A DNA stretch of 63,835 nucleotides, filler included, from Conidiobolus incongruus B7586 (taxonomy: Eukaryota): the NCBI GenBank assembly GCA_000697335.1. It is 9 parts of 9 records of this genome, joined end to end, with 100 filler letters (N's around TTAATTAATTAA, not from the genome) between each part and the next. Parts side by side here need not be neighbours in the genome. Positions count along the whole stretch, not along the records: positions 1 to 10,688 come from JNEM01006566.1; positions 10,789 to 16,637 come from JNEM01006568.1; 7 more parts are not named here. One strand, given 5' to 3'. How positions within the stretch are numbered: position 1 is the stretch's first letter; every line of letters begins with the position of its first letter. Both the position numbers and the translations under genes were made by a program. Of the stretch, positions 1 through 14,353 are shown one piece after another. The notes under the pieces are model-generated. The model had not been told where the DNA came from. It did not search any database and was given only the letters and a program-made list of their open reading frames with translations.

Positions 1-1044
1 TTAAATATTAATTTTGATAAATTATTAACTAAATTAGATTATATCATTGATATTAATCAAGAGAATTATTTTAAATTAATATATAAAAATATATTAAAAT
101 AATAAAAAATTAATTTTACATTTCAAAATATTCATATATAATAATATATTTATATATTTAAATAAATTAAACCAAAATGAAATATTAAGCAATTCTTATA
201 CAATTTAATAAATTTAAAGCTTTCAATTATTATTCAAAATATTTTTTTATTTATTAAATTAATATTAATTTTTAAATTATAATAAATCAAATTATATTAA
301 AAATTATAATATATTTTCATTGACAAGGGTTTATTTAATTATATCTTAAATAATGAAATATAATTAGATTTTGAATTCATAAAATATTTATATTATAAAT
401 TAAGTTTATAGTAAATTTTATTTGATATCATATTTATAGTATTTATTATTTACTATTTAAATATGTATTATAATAAAATTTATAAATTATAAGAAAAAAA
501 CAATATTTTAATTAAAATCTATTGATTATATTTGTAAGTCAAATCCTAGTTATAAATATATATTTCTGATTTAAAAGTTAATAAATATATTTTAAGTCTA
601 AAATAAAAACAATATACATATTAAAAGTTTTAACTTAAAAGAGTATCCAATATAGCCTAATTAGCCAAATTGGATTTATTTTTGCAAATACTCGCTTATG
701 ATTGTAAGAATAAATTAACTGGCTTTCAAATATATCAATTCATGGAGATAATCAACATTGACACAGGTAATTATCAATATGACATTATGTCATATATTTA
801 TTAATAAAAGATAATCAATGAATAATATAGTTCTTGAGTAATAAAGATGAATAAGATCTAATTGAATAAATATTTTTGGGTATTTACAGGTTTTTTTTTG
901 AAATATTCCAAAAATTAATTATGTTCAATCCATTAGTAAATAAACATATATATATATATGACTGAATATCATTTTAAAACTTAAGTGAAATATATATAAT
1001 CATTAGCAATTAATGTGTTTTATGAATTATATAAGTGAAATACT

Positions 1045-2427
1045 AATGAATACATGCTCATTAATTTACTCATTTTAGGAAACAACTTCACCTCCATTGA
1101 AATATTTGGCTTCAATGATTGTCAAGTTGTGAAGTAAACTGTACCAATAAAGTTTCTGCTAATGAGTGTATGATACACATCAGGAGTCTTTCATCGAAAT
1201 TCCAAACCATTCATCGTCACTACAGTCCAATTACTGGTGATGATTGGTAGAAGCAATCACATCATACTCATATTTGATAACTTTCCTAATGCAATTTATA
1301 TATAATCATACTTTGATAAATGTATTAAATGGAAGTGGAATAATGAGTTTTTATAAAATTTCCTCTCAGATCATAACGGATTTTTTATATTTCTTAGTTT
1401 GTTCTTACCATGATTGTAATTAGTTAAAGTTGCTCAAAGGTAACTTGGTGCTCTTTCATATAGGATAAGATTTTTTCTGAGGTATTTCATGATTGTAATA
1501 AACTTAATTTTTAATAAGATATATTTTTGAGGGGAAATATGTGAAAATTGATTGATTAAATCTGCTATAACCTTGTGAGATAACTTATTAGTTGGATTAA
1601 TTTTGTGATTTGGTGGTTCTGCAACATATTGATTATTAGAAATGGTATCTAAAGTTGTACCGATTCCTGAGAATGATACAAACACTACGCTCTAAACCAT
1701 ATTTGGCCAGCCTTTAATATATTCATGAATGTAGGGCAGATTTTCAACAACAAGAACTGAAATTCCATATCTACGGGTGTGATTTTGATTTGGAATCTTG
1801 AGCATTAATTATATGCCAATGGAAGGCATTTAGTTTACTGTATAACAGGGCATAGATAGTAAGATTTAGAGGTTTTGAAGCCATCCAATTACCATCTGTA
1901 TCAATAAAAATAACACGACGAGGATAGAGAGGTTTAACTTTGACTCAAGAGGAGTAGGAGGAATATGATTTAGACTTGTCTTTTTATCAAATTGAGAATA
2001 TCGAAAGAAAAATTCTAAACCATGCATAGCACCATAGATGGATTTAGCTTTTATCGCAGCTGATGCAATATTGGCTAGGCTATTGATGACGATAGAATAT
2101 GATTCATTAGTATTCATTGTGAATTCAACATCAGAGTTATTTTCAACCACTTGAAGAGTGTTCAGAGCGGAGAATTGTGACAAGGGAGATGCTTTAAGCA
2201 ATGAAACAATGAACTAAATACTTTCATAGCTTATTGATTTTTTGGTATTTTTTTGCTAGTGCTCTGAGTCGATTTGATTGAGCTAAAGTTCCTACTTGAA
2301 AACAATTACTTGCGATAATTATGATATTGTCAGAGCTAGCTGGTTCGATGGGTTGAGGGAATATATTATGAATTCCAACTAATTCTAATGCAAATAGAAA
2401 ATATTAAACTATAATAGTTTTAAACAT
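1045..2427 (-). pseudogene. Decayed tandem paralog of the GH20 beta-N-acetylhexosaminidase
   Basis: Fragments align in order to the 4757-6454 protein: GIHNIFPQP vs GVHNIFPKP, EFTMNTNESYSI vs DFTIKTDESYSI, IKAKSIYGAMHGLE vs IKAKTIYGAIHGLE, AEPPNHKINPTNKLSHKVIADLINQF vs AQPPSGQIDPTNPKSHKIVHDLIDEF. Many stops and frameshifts; 3' boundary approximate. Confidence 0.9.
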
Positions 2428-4756
2428 TATAAAATTGTTATAATGATAATAGTATTTGATATAAAAAAGTAGTAATAAAATTTATGCCAATAAGGAAATT
2501 AAAGATTGATCAGTTATAATTTCTCTGAAATCAATTTAAAGCATCCAAATTAAGATATCTTTGAATATTAAATATTTTCAATTTGATAAAATGTTTCAGA
2601 TTGAAATACCAAAATGTTCCAAATTAATTGTCATTTTTGTCTCATTTGATATGTCTCAGAATTGCAGTTTTATAAATTGTAAACTTGTGACTGAGCGTGT
2701 ATCTTCATGTTATCTATAATAAATAAAATATCTTTATTATTGATAAAATAGTATTTTCAGAATAGTTATCAAAATAGCCACATTATACATTCATTAAAAA
2801 TTACTCTATCATATATTATTGCTAGAAAGTTACCATAGTTTTATATAAAATGATATTTCAAATCCCAAATGTAATGATAATGATATCAAATAAAATAAAT
2901 ATTGGATAGTGTTATATTGCATTAAAAAAGCTTTATTAATAATATTTGACTATTGATTTGATTTATAAATAATTTGTAGTTTTGAATTCAAATTTAGTTA
3001 ATTAATTTTTAATAACATTAACAATTTTTATGATAAATTAATTTCAATTATTTTTTATAACTTGTCTATATATTTATTTTTAAATGATTTGGGCTTATAT
3101 TATCAATTGACTTATTCAAAACAAGAAATTGTTAATACTTTAATTTGATTTATTTTAGTAAATGATAAATAACTATCAGAAAATGGCCAAATAAGCAGAT
3201 ATTTTCATAATCAAGTTGGTATTATATTCAATTTAAATTTTTAGAATTCGAATTATGCATTTTAAAGGAATTCTCTATAATAATGATAATTCTCAAGGAT
3301 TAATATGAACATTACATTGTTTCATTTTATATATATACGAATTTATTTATCCACTAAAAAACAATATATTATCTTAGAAATTGAGGTGAATTCAGAGTTT
3401 TGAAATATTATTTTATTGTAATTTTATATATTACTCTATTAAAATTAGTATAGAAATTTTATTATCAAATATATTTTTTTACAATGATGTATTAGTACAT
3501 AAAGAAAGTCAAATTTTGTTAACAAAACTCTAACTATGAATACATAGTAAAATACAAAAATGTAAATATATAATTATAGTAAAAAATAACTCTCAATATA
3601 CAATACTCATGATTAATCAATATTCTATAATTAATATGTTATTTTTTATTCAATAAATTTGAAGCTTATTAGTTATTAAATAACCTAGTAAATTTTACTA
3701 TGATTTATAAATTTGTAGCTATCTTTCAAATTGAATATAAAATATTAAATTTAATTTATTATTATATCACTTAAAATTATTAATATTAATATTATTATTA
3801 TTATTCAATAAATTTTGTTTTAAATACTAATTAAAATATTATTATAATAATCAAAATATATATTAATTAAAAATTTTAAGGGAAAAAAAATTTTTTTTAT
3901 AGTGAAAATTAAAAATTTTTTTTAAATATTAATTAAAATTAATTGAGGTTTAAAAATTATAAATAATTAATAGACTTTAAATAAAATGAGGATTGGTATC
4001 CATCCATTTCTTAATTTAATAGATTAATTAATAGTAAATATATTTAATTGTACAGTATTTAATAGCTTATAACATAATAGAAATAATATAATTATATAAT
4101 CTAAGAACCAATATTAATGCATTCATTTATTATGATATTTAAACTTTGTAGATATCAACATTAACCCATTTGATTAGTATCAACTGTGAGAAACAGTTTA
4201 TAAAAATTAAAATATAAGACAATTATCCGTATTAGAAAAAATGGAAAAATTAAAACTAGTAACATGTAGCGAATTTATAATTTAACATTTTAGTATTATA
4301 ATACGAGATTTTTTGAGTATGTTAAATGTGAAATTTCCTAAAATCTAAAATATATTTATAAATATTCTGCATAATTTAAAAGTATGCTTATTATAAAAAT
4401 ATTCATAGTAAAATTGGTTTATTTTGATATCGAAATACTTGAGAAATTCTTATACATAATAAATACTATTTTTAAATTGATTAGTTTCAATTTCTTGTTT
4501 ATGTTCGCTATAATTTTGATCCTTCAAGCGGAAATTTGCACAATAAAGCTTAATAAATATCAAATATAGTAATATAATTGTTTATTGTAGAAGATGACGT
4601 TTGGAATTTTCTTTGGATTTAGAATTGTGATTCAAGAGTAATCAACACTAGAAATAAAACTTTTATTAAAAATAAAATACCGCAATTTTGAACGCAGTCA
4701 AAAACATGTGCAAAATCAAAAGAAATAAGTTAATAATTAATTAAAAATCGTTATAA

Positions 4757-6454
4757 TTAAGCCTTGGGGACATAGGGAGCTCTGAGCTTTTCAAGGCCCT
4801 TAGTGGAGTCACAGCGGTAAGGGTTCTTGACACACCAGAGGGGTTGAAGAGGTTCGGCGGGAATACCACGGTTGACCATACGGAAACGCCAGTCATTCAA
4901 ACGAGGAAGGACGTGCTTGGTGCTGCGGATCTTGTCACCATCACGGTTACCAGTCCAGAGGACTTCAGAGGCAGCGGAAGCACGGGGCCAGAGGTACTTG
5001 TCAATGACATGTTCGTCAATTTGTTCAGACCAGGCAGTAACTTCACCACCCTTGACGCGTTGAGCTTGAGTGGAGGTCAAGTTGGCAATTAAATCGTAGG
5101 TGTAAACGATTTGCCAGTGCTTGTAGGGATCACACCAAGAGGAACCGGAAGGAGCATCACCAATCCAGGCACCGTGACCACAGTCGAGATACCAGTATTG
5201 GTAAGAGGAAGCAATAACATCGTGTCCACGTTCAATGACCTTCTTAGTGTCACCAGCACCTAACCAGACTTGGACTAAGGCATCAGAGGGAAGGGTAACA
5301 TTGTGATTCAAGAGAATTTCTTCCCAGACCATAATGGACTTCTTGTGTTTCTTGGCTTGAGCTTGCATACCAAGGTTGAAATCGCCCAAAAGCTTGTCGA
5401 AAGTAACATTGTTCTTCTTGACATATTCTCTGATGGTGGCGGAAGAGTTCCAAGACTTTTCGTTAACTTCATCACCACTTAAGTGGATGTATTGATCAGG
5501 GAAAAGTTGAGCAAATTCATCGATCAAATCGTGAACAATCTTATGAGACTTGGGGTTAGTAGGATCGATTTGACCACTGGGAGGTTGGGCAGCAGTGATA
5601 TCCCAGTCATCATCATCTAAAGAAGTACCGAGTTCGGGGAAGGCCTTACCAATGGAATAAGAGTGAGCGGGAGCTTCAACTTCAGGAATGATACGAACAG
5701 CGCGTTGGAGACCGTATTCAACCAACTCCTTAATTTGATCATAAGTATAGAGTTGATCTTCTTCAACGACACCCATGGATTTCCAGAGTTCAGGATGAGA
5801 CTTAGACTTGAAATTGAAATCTTGTGAATCAAGAATGTGCCAGTGGAAAACATTCAACTTGTTGTAGGACATAGCATCAATGGTACGCTTGAGGACATCA
5901 AGAGGCAACCAGTTACGGTTGGTATCGATCAAAATACCACGATGGGGATAGAGAGGCTTGTCATTGACTTTAACAGGGGTGGCAGGAATGTGGCTGACCT
6001 TGGACTTCTTGTCGTATTGGACGAGTTGAGAGAAAGATTCTAAACCATGGATAGCACCATAGATAGTCTTGGCCTTGATGACAGCGGAGGCACGACTGTC
6101 CTTGGGAGCGATTTCAATGGAGTAAGATTCATCAGTCTTGATGGTGAAATCGATGTCATCACCATTTTCAACTTCAACTTTAACACTCTTCAAGATAGTA
6201 GGGTAGTTAGAGGGAGTAGATTTGAAGAGAGGAACAATGGGAGAGTATTTTTCTTTGTTGATCAACTTTTGGTATCTCTTGGCAGCGTCCTTGAGTCTGG
6301 ATGATTTGCAATCAACAGAAATTTCAAAGTCATTAGATAAGACAACAGTAGTGTTACCAGAGCTGACTAATTCAGAAGGCTTGGGGAAAATGTTGTGAAC
6401 TCCAGCTAAGACACTGGCAAGCAAAGTAGTAATAATTAAGGTAGGCTTAACCAT
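4757..6454 (-). CDS. Secreted beta-N-acetylhexosaminidase, glycoside hydrolase family 20 (565 aa, intronless)
   Basis: Hydrophobic N-terminal signal, PHRGILIDT, KLNVFHWHILDSQ, IPEVEAPAH, catalytic IHLSGDEV, WYLDCGHG, GGEVTAWSEQID, WPRA motifs; strong C/T-ending codon bias. Confidence 0.97.
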   Translation of the reverse strand: MVKPTLIITTLLASVLAGVHNIFPKPSELVSSGNTTVVLSNDFEISVDCKSSRLKDAAKRYQKLINKEKYSPIVPLFKSTPSNYPTILKSVKVEVENGDDIDFTIKTDESYSIEIAPKDSRASAVIKAKTIYGAIHGLESFSQLVQYDKKSKVSHIPATPVKVNDKPLYPHRGILIDTNRNWLPLDVLKRTIDAMSYNKLNVFHWHILDSQDFNFKSKSHPELWKSMGVVEEDQLYTYDQIKELVEYGLQRAVRIIPEVEAPAHSYSIGKAFPELGTSLDDDDWDITAAQPPSGQIDPTNPKSHKIVHDLIDEFAQLFPDQYIHLSGDEVNEKSWNSSATIREYVKKNNVTFDKLLGDFNLGMQAQAKKHKKSIMVWEEILLNHNVTLPSDALVQVWLGAGDTKKVIERGHDVIASSYQYWYLDCGHGAWIGDAPSGSSWCDPYKHWQIVYTYDLIANLTSTQAQRVKGGEVTAWSEQIDEHVIDKYLWPRASAASEVLWTGNRDGDKIRSTKHVLPRLNDWRFRMVNRGIPAEPLQPLWCVKNPYRCDSTKGLEKLRAPYVPKA

Positions 6455-6514
6455 GATGTAATTATTTACAAGGTGAAAATGGTTGTTGATGAATTCCTGG
6501 TAAACACTCTGAGC

Positions 6515-6522
6515 TATTTATA
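6515..6522 (-). promoter_or_regulatory. TATA box (TATAAATA) ~60 nt upstream of the GH20 start codon
   Basis: Consensus TATAAATA on the minus strand in a locally GC-richer context (GGCATATAAATAGCTC); position only. Confidence 0.4.
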
Positions 6523-7499
6523 TGCCAGACACACATCATAATTCACTTTGTGCAATCTTAAATGATTCAATTGAATTTTACTATATTTAGGATAGCTTAT
6601 CCTCTTTTTCTAACTCCCATGCGCCATTCTGATAGGTTAATTTGGTAATTGTGGAGTATTCTATATGAAATTTACTTAAGCTTAATTCTTTTGCATAATT
6701 ATTTTGAATTTATAAATTTTTTGAGATTTTAACTAAATTTCGTGGTTTGACTAATTAATCCAATCATTTTAAATTTAAATTTTTATATCCATGAAATAAT
6801 AATATGATTGGATAATTTCAGGTTATATAGTATTTTAATTTAATTAATATTATTCAATTTTTATTAATATTTTTATTGTTATAATATAATCGATAAGGGA
6901 TAACAATTAATAATATAAATTATACTTATAAACATAAAAGCATTATAATAACGTAGTTACTTTGAGCTATTAATCTAGACATTTAATTAATAGATCTAAC
7001 TATATATCATACTTGATACTATTAAAATACTTCTTAATTCCGGAAAAATAAAAACCGAATGCACCCTAAATTTTATAATCTAGTAAAAATTATCAAATGC
7101 TTAAAAAAATTAATTATTATTAATTATTTGATATTTTCTTATAATATTCACATTGAAATAATATTTAAAACATATGAAAATGTTTAATCCCTTAACAAAT
7201 GAGTAATTAACGAAAATAATCATCATATCACAATTTCCATTTTCAATGATTTACAATTTAATTGATGACTTGTGATTAATATGGATAAATTCTTGTATAG
7301 AATCTAGTTTTGAAATAAAAAATATCATTATCTTTTATTCATTTTACAAATTCTATTCAATGTCCTATTAATTAATAGAACAATCTCTTAGAATTGTATC
7401 CTTTAAAATTTTTTTGTTTATCTCATAAATTAATATTAAATGATGTTAAAAATATCTCATTTTGTCAGCAATATAATCATATTTTCCGTTATATGTGAA

Positions 7500-8078
7500 T
7501 TTTTTTTCAATACAAACAGATTGATAGATTACTTGGATTAAATAAAATGTGGCTATATTCAATCCACTAAACCAAAAGATAAAATCTAACAGATAAATTG
7601 TATTGATAGGAGAAACTAGCAAAAATTTGAAACTGTAATCAGTAATAATACTAAATTGACTCTAAATGTTATTATTATTAATGAGATAGAACTAATAAAA
7701 GTATTAATGAATTTGTTAATTGTAGTTTGAACGTAGTAAGGGATTCCTTTTAATCAAGTAGTTTTGCCCATTGATCAATTTTGTATTTCATTATCTTATA
7801 TTTCTAGTATGATATAACTCAGCTCAATAAAAATTGATAGGGAGTATTAGTCCTGAATGCTATACTTGATATAATTCATTTAGATCTATCAAAGATATAT
7901 TAAGTATAAATTTAAACTGTTTTTGATTATTTTCATTCTCAAACTTAGTTAATACTATAATTTTCAAAGGTACTTTATTTTTGTTGTTATCATCAAATGA
8001 TAAAAATATAGAAATTATATTAAAGTAATGGCATCTTTAATTTATCTATTTCAAAGTCATAATCTTGTTAAATTCCAT
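7500..8078 (-). pseudogene. Possible heavily decayed 7TM receptor relic
   Basis: Fragments KFILNISLIDL (TM2-like) and WIEYSHILFNP (TM7-like) in the expected order amid many stops; weak. Confidence 0.2.
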
Positions 8079-10688
8079 TAAAAATTAATTAATTTCGAAT
8101 GTTCGAATGTAATATTTTTTTTATTTTGATATTGACTTATTATTAAATTAGATAATTTTTAAATATTTATATCAGATCAATACTGATAAAAAATGATAAA
8201 AATATTAATATATTAGAATTAATAATTGAAGGTTATAGCTATTTTCAAATTATAAAACCAAGTATAATTCAGTATATAGTACCATATAAACTATAAATAT
8301 ATATTATTTCAAAGAGTTGAATATTATTTTGAATAATTTTTTGAAATATAAAAATGTCTCATTATACTAAATATAGAAACCATCTAGCTTTCACATTGCA
8401 CCTCATAGCTACTAGAATTAAAAAAAATCCACATATTTCATGATTATATAGAATTCAACCAAAGTCCCTTTACGTATCAAATTTGGTATCATTCATTCAG
8501 CACACCTCAAATTTTAAAATGACGCAAAAATTAAAGATTTCAAAATTGATAGAAGTTACTATAGAATTTTAGTTTATTTTTCATAAATATCTTAACACTT
8601 TAAGTTTTACAAATATTGAAATATTATTTTCATATTTTATTTTTAATATTAAATTTTTATTGTTTTTTCCCTTTTTTTAATATAATTTAAATTATATTAT
8701 TTTTAATTATTTTAAACTTTTTTTAAATTCTTAATAAATATTATTCATATATATAGATATTATATAATATTATTAAGTATTATTTATTAATATTTTTTAT
8801 AATTATCTTTTAAAGATGAATATAAGATAAAATAACCCAAAGTCATCAAAATTAAATAATATTAAAAAATAATAAAACCATTTAGGACTTATATTAATAA
8901 ATTAATGATAACTTTTTAAGTTATCCAATCATATTATCTTATATTACTATCTTGTAATCAATTTATTAATAGACTTGAGAGTTTTTTCAACCATGTGGAT
9001 TTAGTGCATATCATAAACCTAATTCTAGTAATTGTTAGAATTTATAAGATTTTATTTTTATTAAATTATTATTCAATTTATGCTCTTTTTTATCTTTTAG
9101 ATCGATATTACTGTTGAAAATAAAGAATTCTTTACAATAAAATCATTCAATATATTTTACGTTAAATTAATTTATATAATGAATATTTTAGTTATTATTC
9201 TTGTCTTAATATTTTATTTCGTGTACATTAAAGAATTTTCTATTATTATATTCGATTAAATTATTAGAAATGCAAATTAATATGTATATTGATAACGTTA
9301 TCAATAAGAACTTTTTTATTAAAGATCACCTTGATCCAGTCCGTGTTGATCCCTTGATTATAATAATATAGCTGCTTTTAAAAGCTATTTCTTATCCATA
9401 TATGAAAGTATGATAAGAAAGTTCTATTTAAATATATTGATTCTCAATACTATAGTTTATTAATTCAAATTTCAATAGATTTAAACTGTATGTAAAAATA
9501 TATTTATCAAATTGTTTAAAATTAGATATATACTTTCACAATCTAATGATTTAATAGAACAGTCAGAATATGATACTAAATTCAAATACAAATTATTCCA
9601 GTCATTTGTTATTAAAAGTATAATTAATATATAAAATCAATCTTTTGGTTGAAGATCATTTATTGATAATAAATATAATTTAAAATTATATGAAAATATT
9701 AAATTATCAAATTTAATTAAATACAATGTATAATATTATTATTCTACAGCATTTCCTGATGTTATTAAAAACTGAAAATATCTTTCCATTTTAAAATAAT
9801 TCTAATTCTATATATCTCAGATGTTATAGAATATTGTGTTTTTTAAAAAATTCAAGGAATCTTATTTATATCAAAAGATTAAAGTATTATGATTATATAG
9901 ATTATAACCTTATTAATTATATTTATTTTATCATCTATTCCTTATAGTCATTATACCCCATAAAATATATCACTTTACTTTAAAAGCTTTATTTTTTAAA
10001 AAACTTATCTAATTTTTAAATATTATCTTTATCTGACAATTTGGTTATAAAAATACTAAAGTTATGTCTAATTAAAGAATATTAGAAAACCTCTTATAAT
10101 ATAATAATATTTTTTAAAAAACATTCTTAATTTAATAATATAATTTACTATTAGAATTATACTTGCTTTATTTACTTAATTCATTTATCAATAACCATTG
10201 GTATTGAAATAATATAGTATATTTTAACTTAATAACACTAATAATTTTTATAATCTGATAATAAAAAAAGTTTTGATAAATATATAAAATTTAGTTATAA
10301 AACTATATAATATATTTATTTATTATTTTCAAGTATTTGAAATATCAATTTTATTTATTCAATAATATATTGAAATTTCAAAAATTCAAGACTAATTTTA
10401 ATTTTTAAATATTCAATATATTTTATAAATATTTTAATAAATTTATTTGATTAATTAATAATTTTTGATTTTTAATCTATTATCATTGAATTTAATCCAA
10501 ATTAATTAGAATTTGGATAAAAAATATTTTAATAATTTTTTATTTGAAAGACTTTAAATATATATATATATATATATATATATTTATTAAAGATAACCAT
10601 ATATATTAAATATCTCTAAATATAAAATTCCAAACTTTTTATCTTGTTTTGATCATATTGATAATAAAATTATAAATATTCAAATAAT

Positions 10689-10788
10689 NNNNNNNNNNNN
10701 NNNNNNNNNNNNNNNNNNNNNNNNNNNNNNNNTTAATTAATTAANNNNNNNNNNNNNNNNNNNNNNNNNNNNNNNNNNNNNNNNNNNN
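10689..10788. other. Artificial 100-nt contig linker (N44-TTAATTAATTAA-N44)
   Basis: The same construct occurs eight times; TTAATTAATTAA gives stops in all six frames. Confidence 0.97.
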
Positions 10789-12191
10789 ATATATATATAT
10801 ATATTAAAATTTTTCATTTCAATAAATTTTGATAAAATCATTTAATATATTATATTTTATTTCATATTGATATAATATTTTAATTAAATAAATTATTAAA
10901 ATTTAATTTAAATTATTTTTTTTGATATAAATATAGTTATAATGATAGGTTAATAATATATTAATATAATTTAATGGAATATTTGATAAAAGTATTGAAA
11001 TAACTTAAAATCTTAAAAAGCATATTTATAAAATACTTAGGTAAAATAACAATATTAAATAAACTAGGAATTATATTAAATTTATAAAAGTTAGTATATA
11101 TTTGAGAATAATAATGATTGATATTAATCAAATATCAAAAGTGAAATTTAAAACAAAAAAATAAAACCAAGTTTAAGAATTTAATTTCAATAATACTTAT
11201 ATAAGGTAATTATTTATAATTGATTTTTGGAAGATATTTTTGAATAAAAATCCATAATTGATTAGTATTAATAAAACATAATATATTTTATTTCAAACTC
11301 AAGGGCTGGTCCCTTAATATTATTTGATTGGTTATTGTTTATTTTTTATTATATTGAAATTAAACAAGTTTTTGTTTATTTGAAAATTTTAAACAATAAA
11401 GGTATAATATATCAAATGATAATAAAATATAATATATATAATTTGGAAGAGTTTTATGAAATATAATTTTTTGAATTCTAATTTTATTTTAATATAGTAA
11501 TAACGTTAAATTACATAATTTTAATATTTGATACTTTTTTTAATAAAATCAAATGAAAAATTGTTTTGGTATTTTTATCCAAGAATTATACTATACTTTC
11601 AAGTTAATATTTGTTTGGCCAATTTTTGAATAAAATAAAATGGAAATTAAATAAACAAATAGTATTAATATTGATTTAGGAAATTGAGCAATATTATTAA
11701 ATATTATGTATCAATATATTTGAAGAAATTGATATCTTATAAAACATATAATATATTATATTGTTAGTCTAAATCGCCTATATTGTAACATTTAAAAAAT
11801 CACAGATTTTATGCTTTGGCTAACAACATAAAAAATAATATGAGAAATATCAATATATTTAAAACTATTCTAGCCGAATTGTAGTCATTATTAAAGTTGA
11901 ATAATCTATTTACCTTTCGAAAAAACATAAACCAGTGTTTTCCATTTACAGAAAATATTTGATAAATCTATATTCAATGTTTCAAGTTTTTTAATATTAA
12001 TAATCTTAGATTTTTCAAAATATTACCATAAAAATATGTCTTGGAATATCTCGATATTTAACCGTCACATATTAACCTTTTAATTTTATTTATATTAAAT
12101 TATAAAATTTGATTTTGAAATGAAAATTCTAGTTTATTAACCTTTAAATTTGATAATTGTTTTTTTTACTAATTATAGAAAGGAATTAAAA

Positions 12192-12640
12192 ATGTCTTTG
12201 AGAATAAAGTATGAGTTGTTTAAATATAAAAATCAAAAATTATTCCTCCCTTTGAAGTATTGAGGACAGAGAGTATTCATCAGATACACTTATTTTTTTA
12301 TATATCCTCAATTATCAGAACTATGGCTAAAATTTAATTAATAAATTATAGTGTGCGCTCAAAAGCAAAAGCTCTTAAGTTGGTTGATAGGAAAAAATTG
12401 CTAAACTTCATTCAAGTATATAGTCCATATTTCAAGGAGGTCGTAAGCCAGATGCTGAAACATCATCAATAAAAGTTAATTAGAATTCAAAAATGCACTA
12501 GAACAAAATATACAATTGGAATCTGAAGTCAATTGAAACAGCTGTCAAAAAAGTGACGATTGCTCAGAATTAAAGGAAATTGTTATTGACCTCAATTCAC
12601 CTAAAACAGACAACAGAAGATATTTAAAATTTATTATTCA
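12192..12640 (+). pseudogene. Possible decayed F-box/LRR-family gene fragment
   Basis: ATG exon MSLRIKYELFKYKNQKLFLPLKY*, a GT..AG intron, then LLNFIQVYSPYFKEV...IQKCT, resembling LSHFLESYGPSFRYM...IHQCP of the 20157-21662 protein; in-frame stops. Confidence 0.25.
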
Positions 12641-14353
12641 AACTTTATATTATTACAATGAATTTTTAGTTTAATATTGAATTATTGGTAATAAACTTTA
12701 TATTTTCACATATTCACTAGATAATTTATGATAATAAATTTATCATATTTTCAATCAGTGTTTGAATTTATCTGGAAAAAGCTGCACAGTCAGACCTCTA
12801 TTATTTCACAATACAACATAATATATAAAAATGAAACAGATATTTGATCTAATAAAATTAAGACTAATATAAAAAAGAATGTTGATATAATGAGAATATG
12901 ATTATTATAGTACCAATTCTTTTTGATATCATTTATTCCAAATTATTATGTGAATTAATGGAGGACTGACTGTATATAGTTAAAGAAATAAATTCCCTAT
13001 CATATTTATTACATGAAAATGTTATTCAACATTTGAAGAATGGACACAAATTTAATATAACACATTGTAAGCTTGATTGTAATATCATTAATAAAAATAA
13101 CCAAACTTTTGATACTATCATTTATTTGAACCTTAAAGTTAGAATGATTAGACCTTTATTGGCAAACACATATTAATTTATTTCAAATTTTTCAAATCTA
13201 TTACATTATAATAGATAATTATCACATAATGAAATATATAAAATGTCGAAAATATAGTAATAATTTATTATTCGATATTAAGCCATTCAAATTACTGAGA
13301 TAAATATTCTTATTTCATTACAAATTGTAACATTTGTACTATTCTCGGATTTTAAATTAAATGTAGTAAATCTTTATATTAAAGTGGCAATTCACCAGAT
13401 AAATGAATGTTTGATTAATTGGAATTGGCCAAAATTTCTTAGTGAATTCGAAATACTGAATAAATAATTTTCACAAATAATTTACTTGATTTCTCTTTTG
13501 TATTACTCAAATTAAATATCAAGAGATTAAAATTTTATTATATTTTAAAAATATTAATAATTTTATTATATTAAATTATATTATTTAAAATTTTTATAAT
13601 TTCAAATAAAAAAACCCTTATTCTCTATCACTATACTAATAACAAAATAAACATTTTAAAAATCTTAAAATTTACTTTCAAGTTTTAATACTAAAATTTG
13701 AAATGTTTTAATTTGATGAGATCATGTTTATTAAATTACTAAATTAGGTTGTTGATTCAGAGCGTGGAATTCAACGGATTGAGACTGTTAAACTTACATC
13801 AAACTGGGTTTTATATTAGCTGTGTTACGAGAGTGGTTTTAATTAAGGGTTAAGCTATATTATTCGCGGTTTGATTATTATCCAGTGTCGATGCTTTACA
13901 GGCTTTGTTAAATCTGTGTTTAGTACTTGAGAGATATGTTAATTTACATCATAATATATTTTAAAGATTTTTGACATTTATCAGTAGACTATATGAATAA
14001 TAAACCGAAAACAAACAGGTAGAAATATGATGCAATGGTTGGAAAAATTAAATTATATTATTCAAGACTTCGTGTTAAATTAAATATTCTAAACCAATGA
14101 ACTCGTATTTTATTGACTAGTAATAATGGAGTGATAATCCCTAATCAATCTAAAATCAAGTTAAATTTTCTCCAAATCTTAATTAAGTTAAATTGTGTCA
14201 AATAAATCCATGATTACATATAAATATGTTCAGGACGCGATGTGCTTTTAATCATGATGAATTACTAATTTTTTTCGCTTATTTATTGTAAATAATCGAG
14301 TGTATATAAGTATAATAATTATAATTATTGTCTTGGATTTGTGAATAATAAAG

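Noticed and set aside
4384..4569. Short AT-rich ORFs (also 23014-23211, 34234-34452, 56719-56925)
   Set aside because: Low-complexity I/F/K/N/Y composition expected by chance. 23014-23211 is part of a mariner relic and 34234-34452 is antisense to a probable pseudogene.
4844..6304. Antisense and alternate-frame ORFs inside the GH20 gene
   Set aside because: Shadow ORFs produced by codon bias of the real gene; no motifs. The same applies to those in patatin, TAL1, YRB30, chitin synthase, PSD1 and WBP11.
9700..10300. Possible further Tc1 relic (LWGIMT resembling VWGC)
   Set aside because: Single weak motif with no supporting DDE context.
10733..10744. Recurrent palindrome TTAATTAATTAA as a repeat or CRISPR-like motif
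   Set aside because: Always embedded in Ns with fixed geometry; an assembly linker.
13745..13940. GC-elevated island with a small hairpin (GTTGATTC...GAATTCAAC), possible ncRNA
   Set aside because: No tRNA, snRNA or snoRNA hallmarks; it follows a splice-acceptor-like TTAG and is more likely a decayed exon. An Rfam search would settle it.
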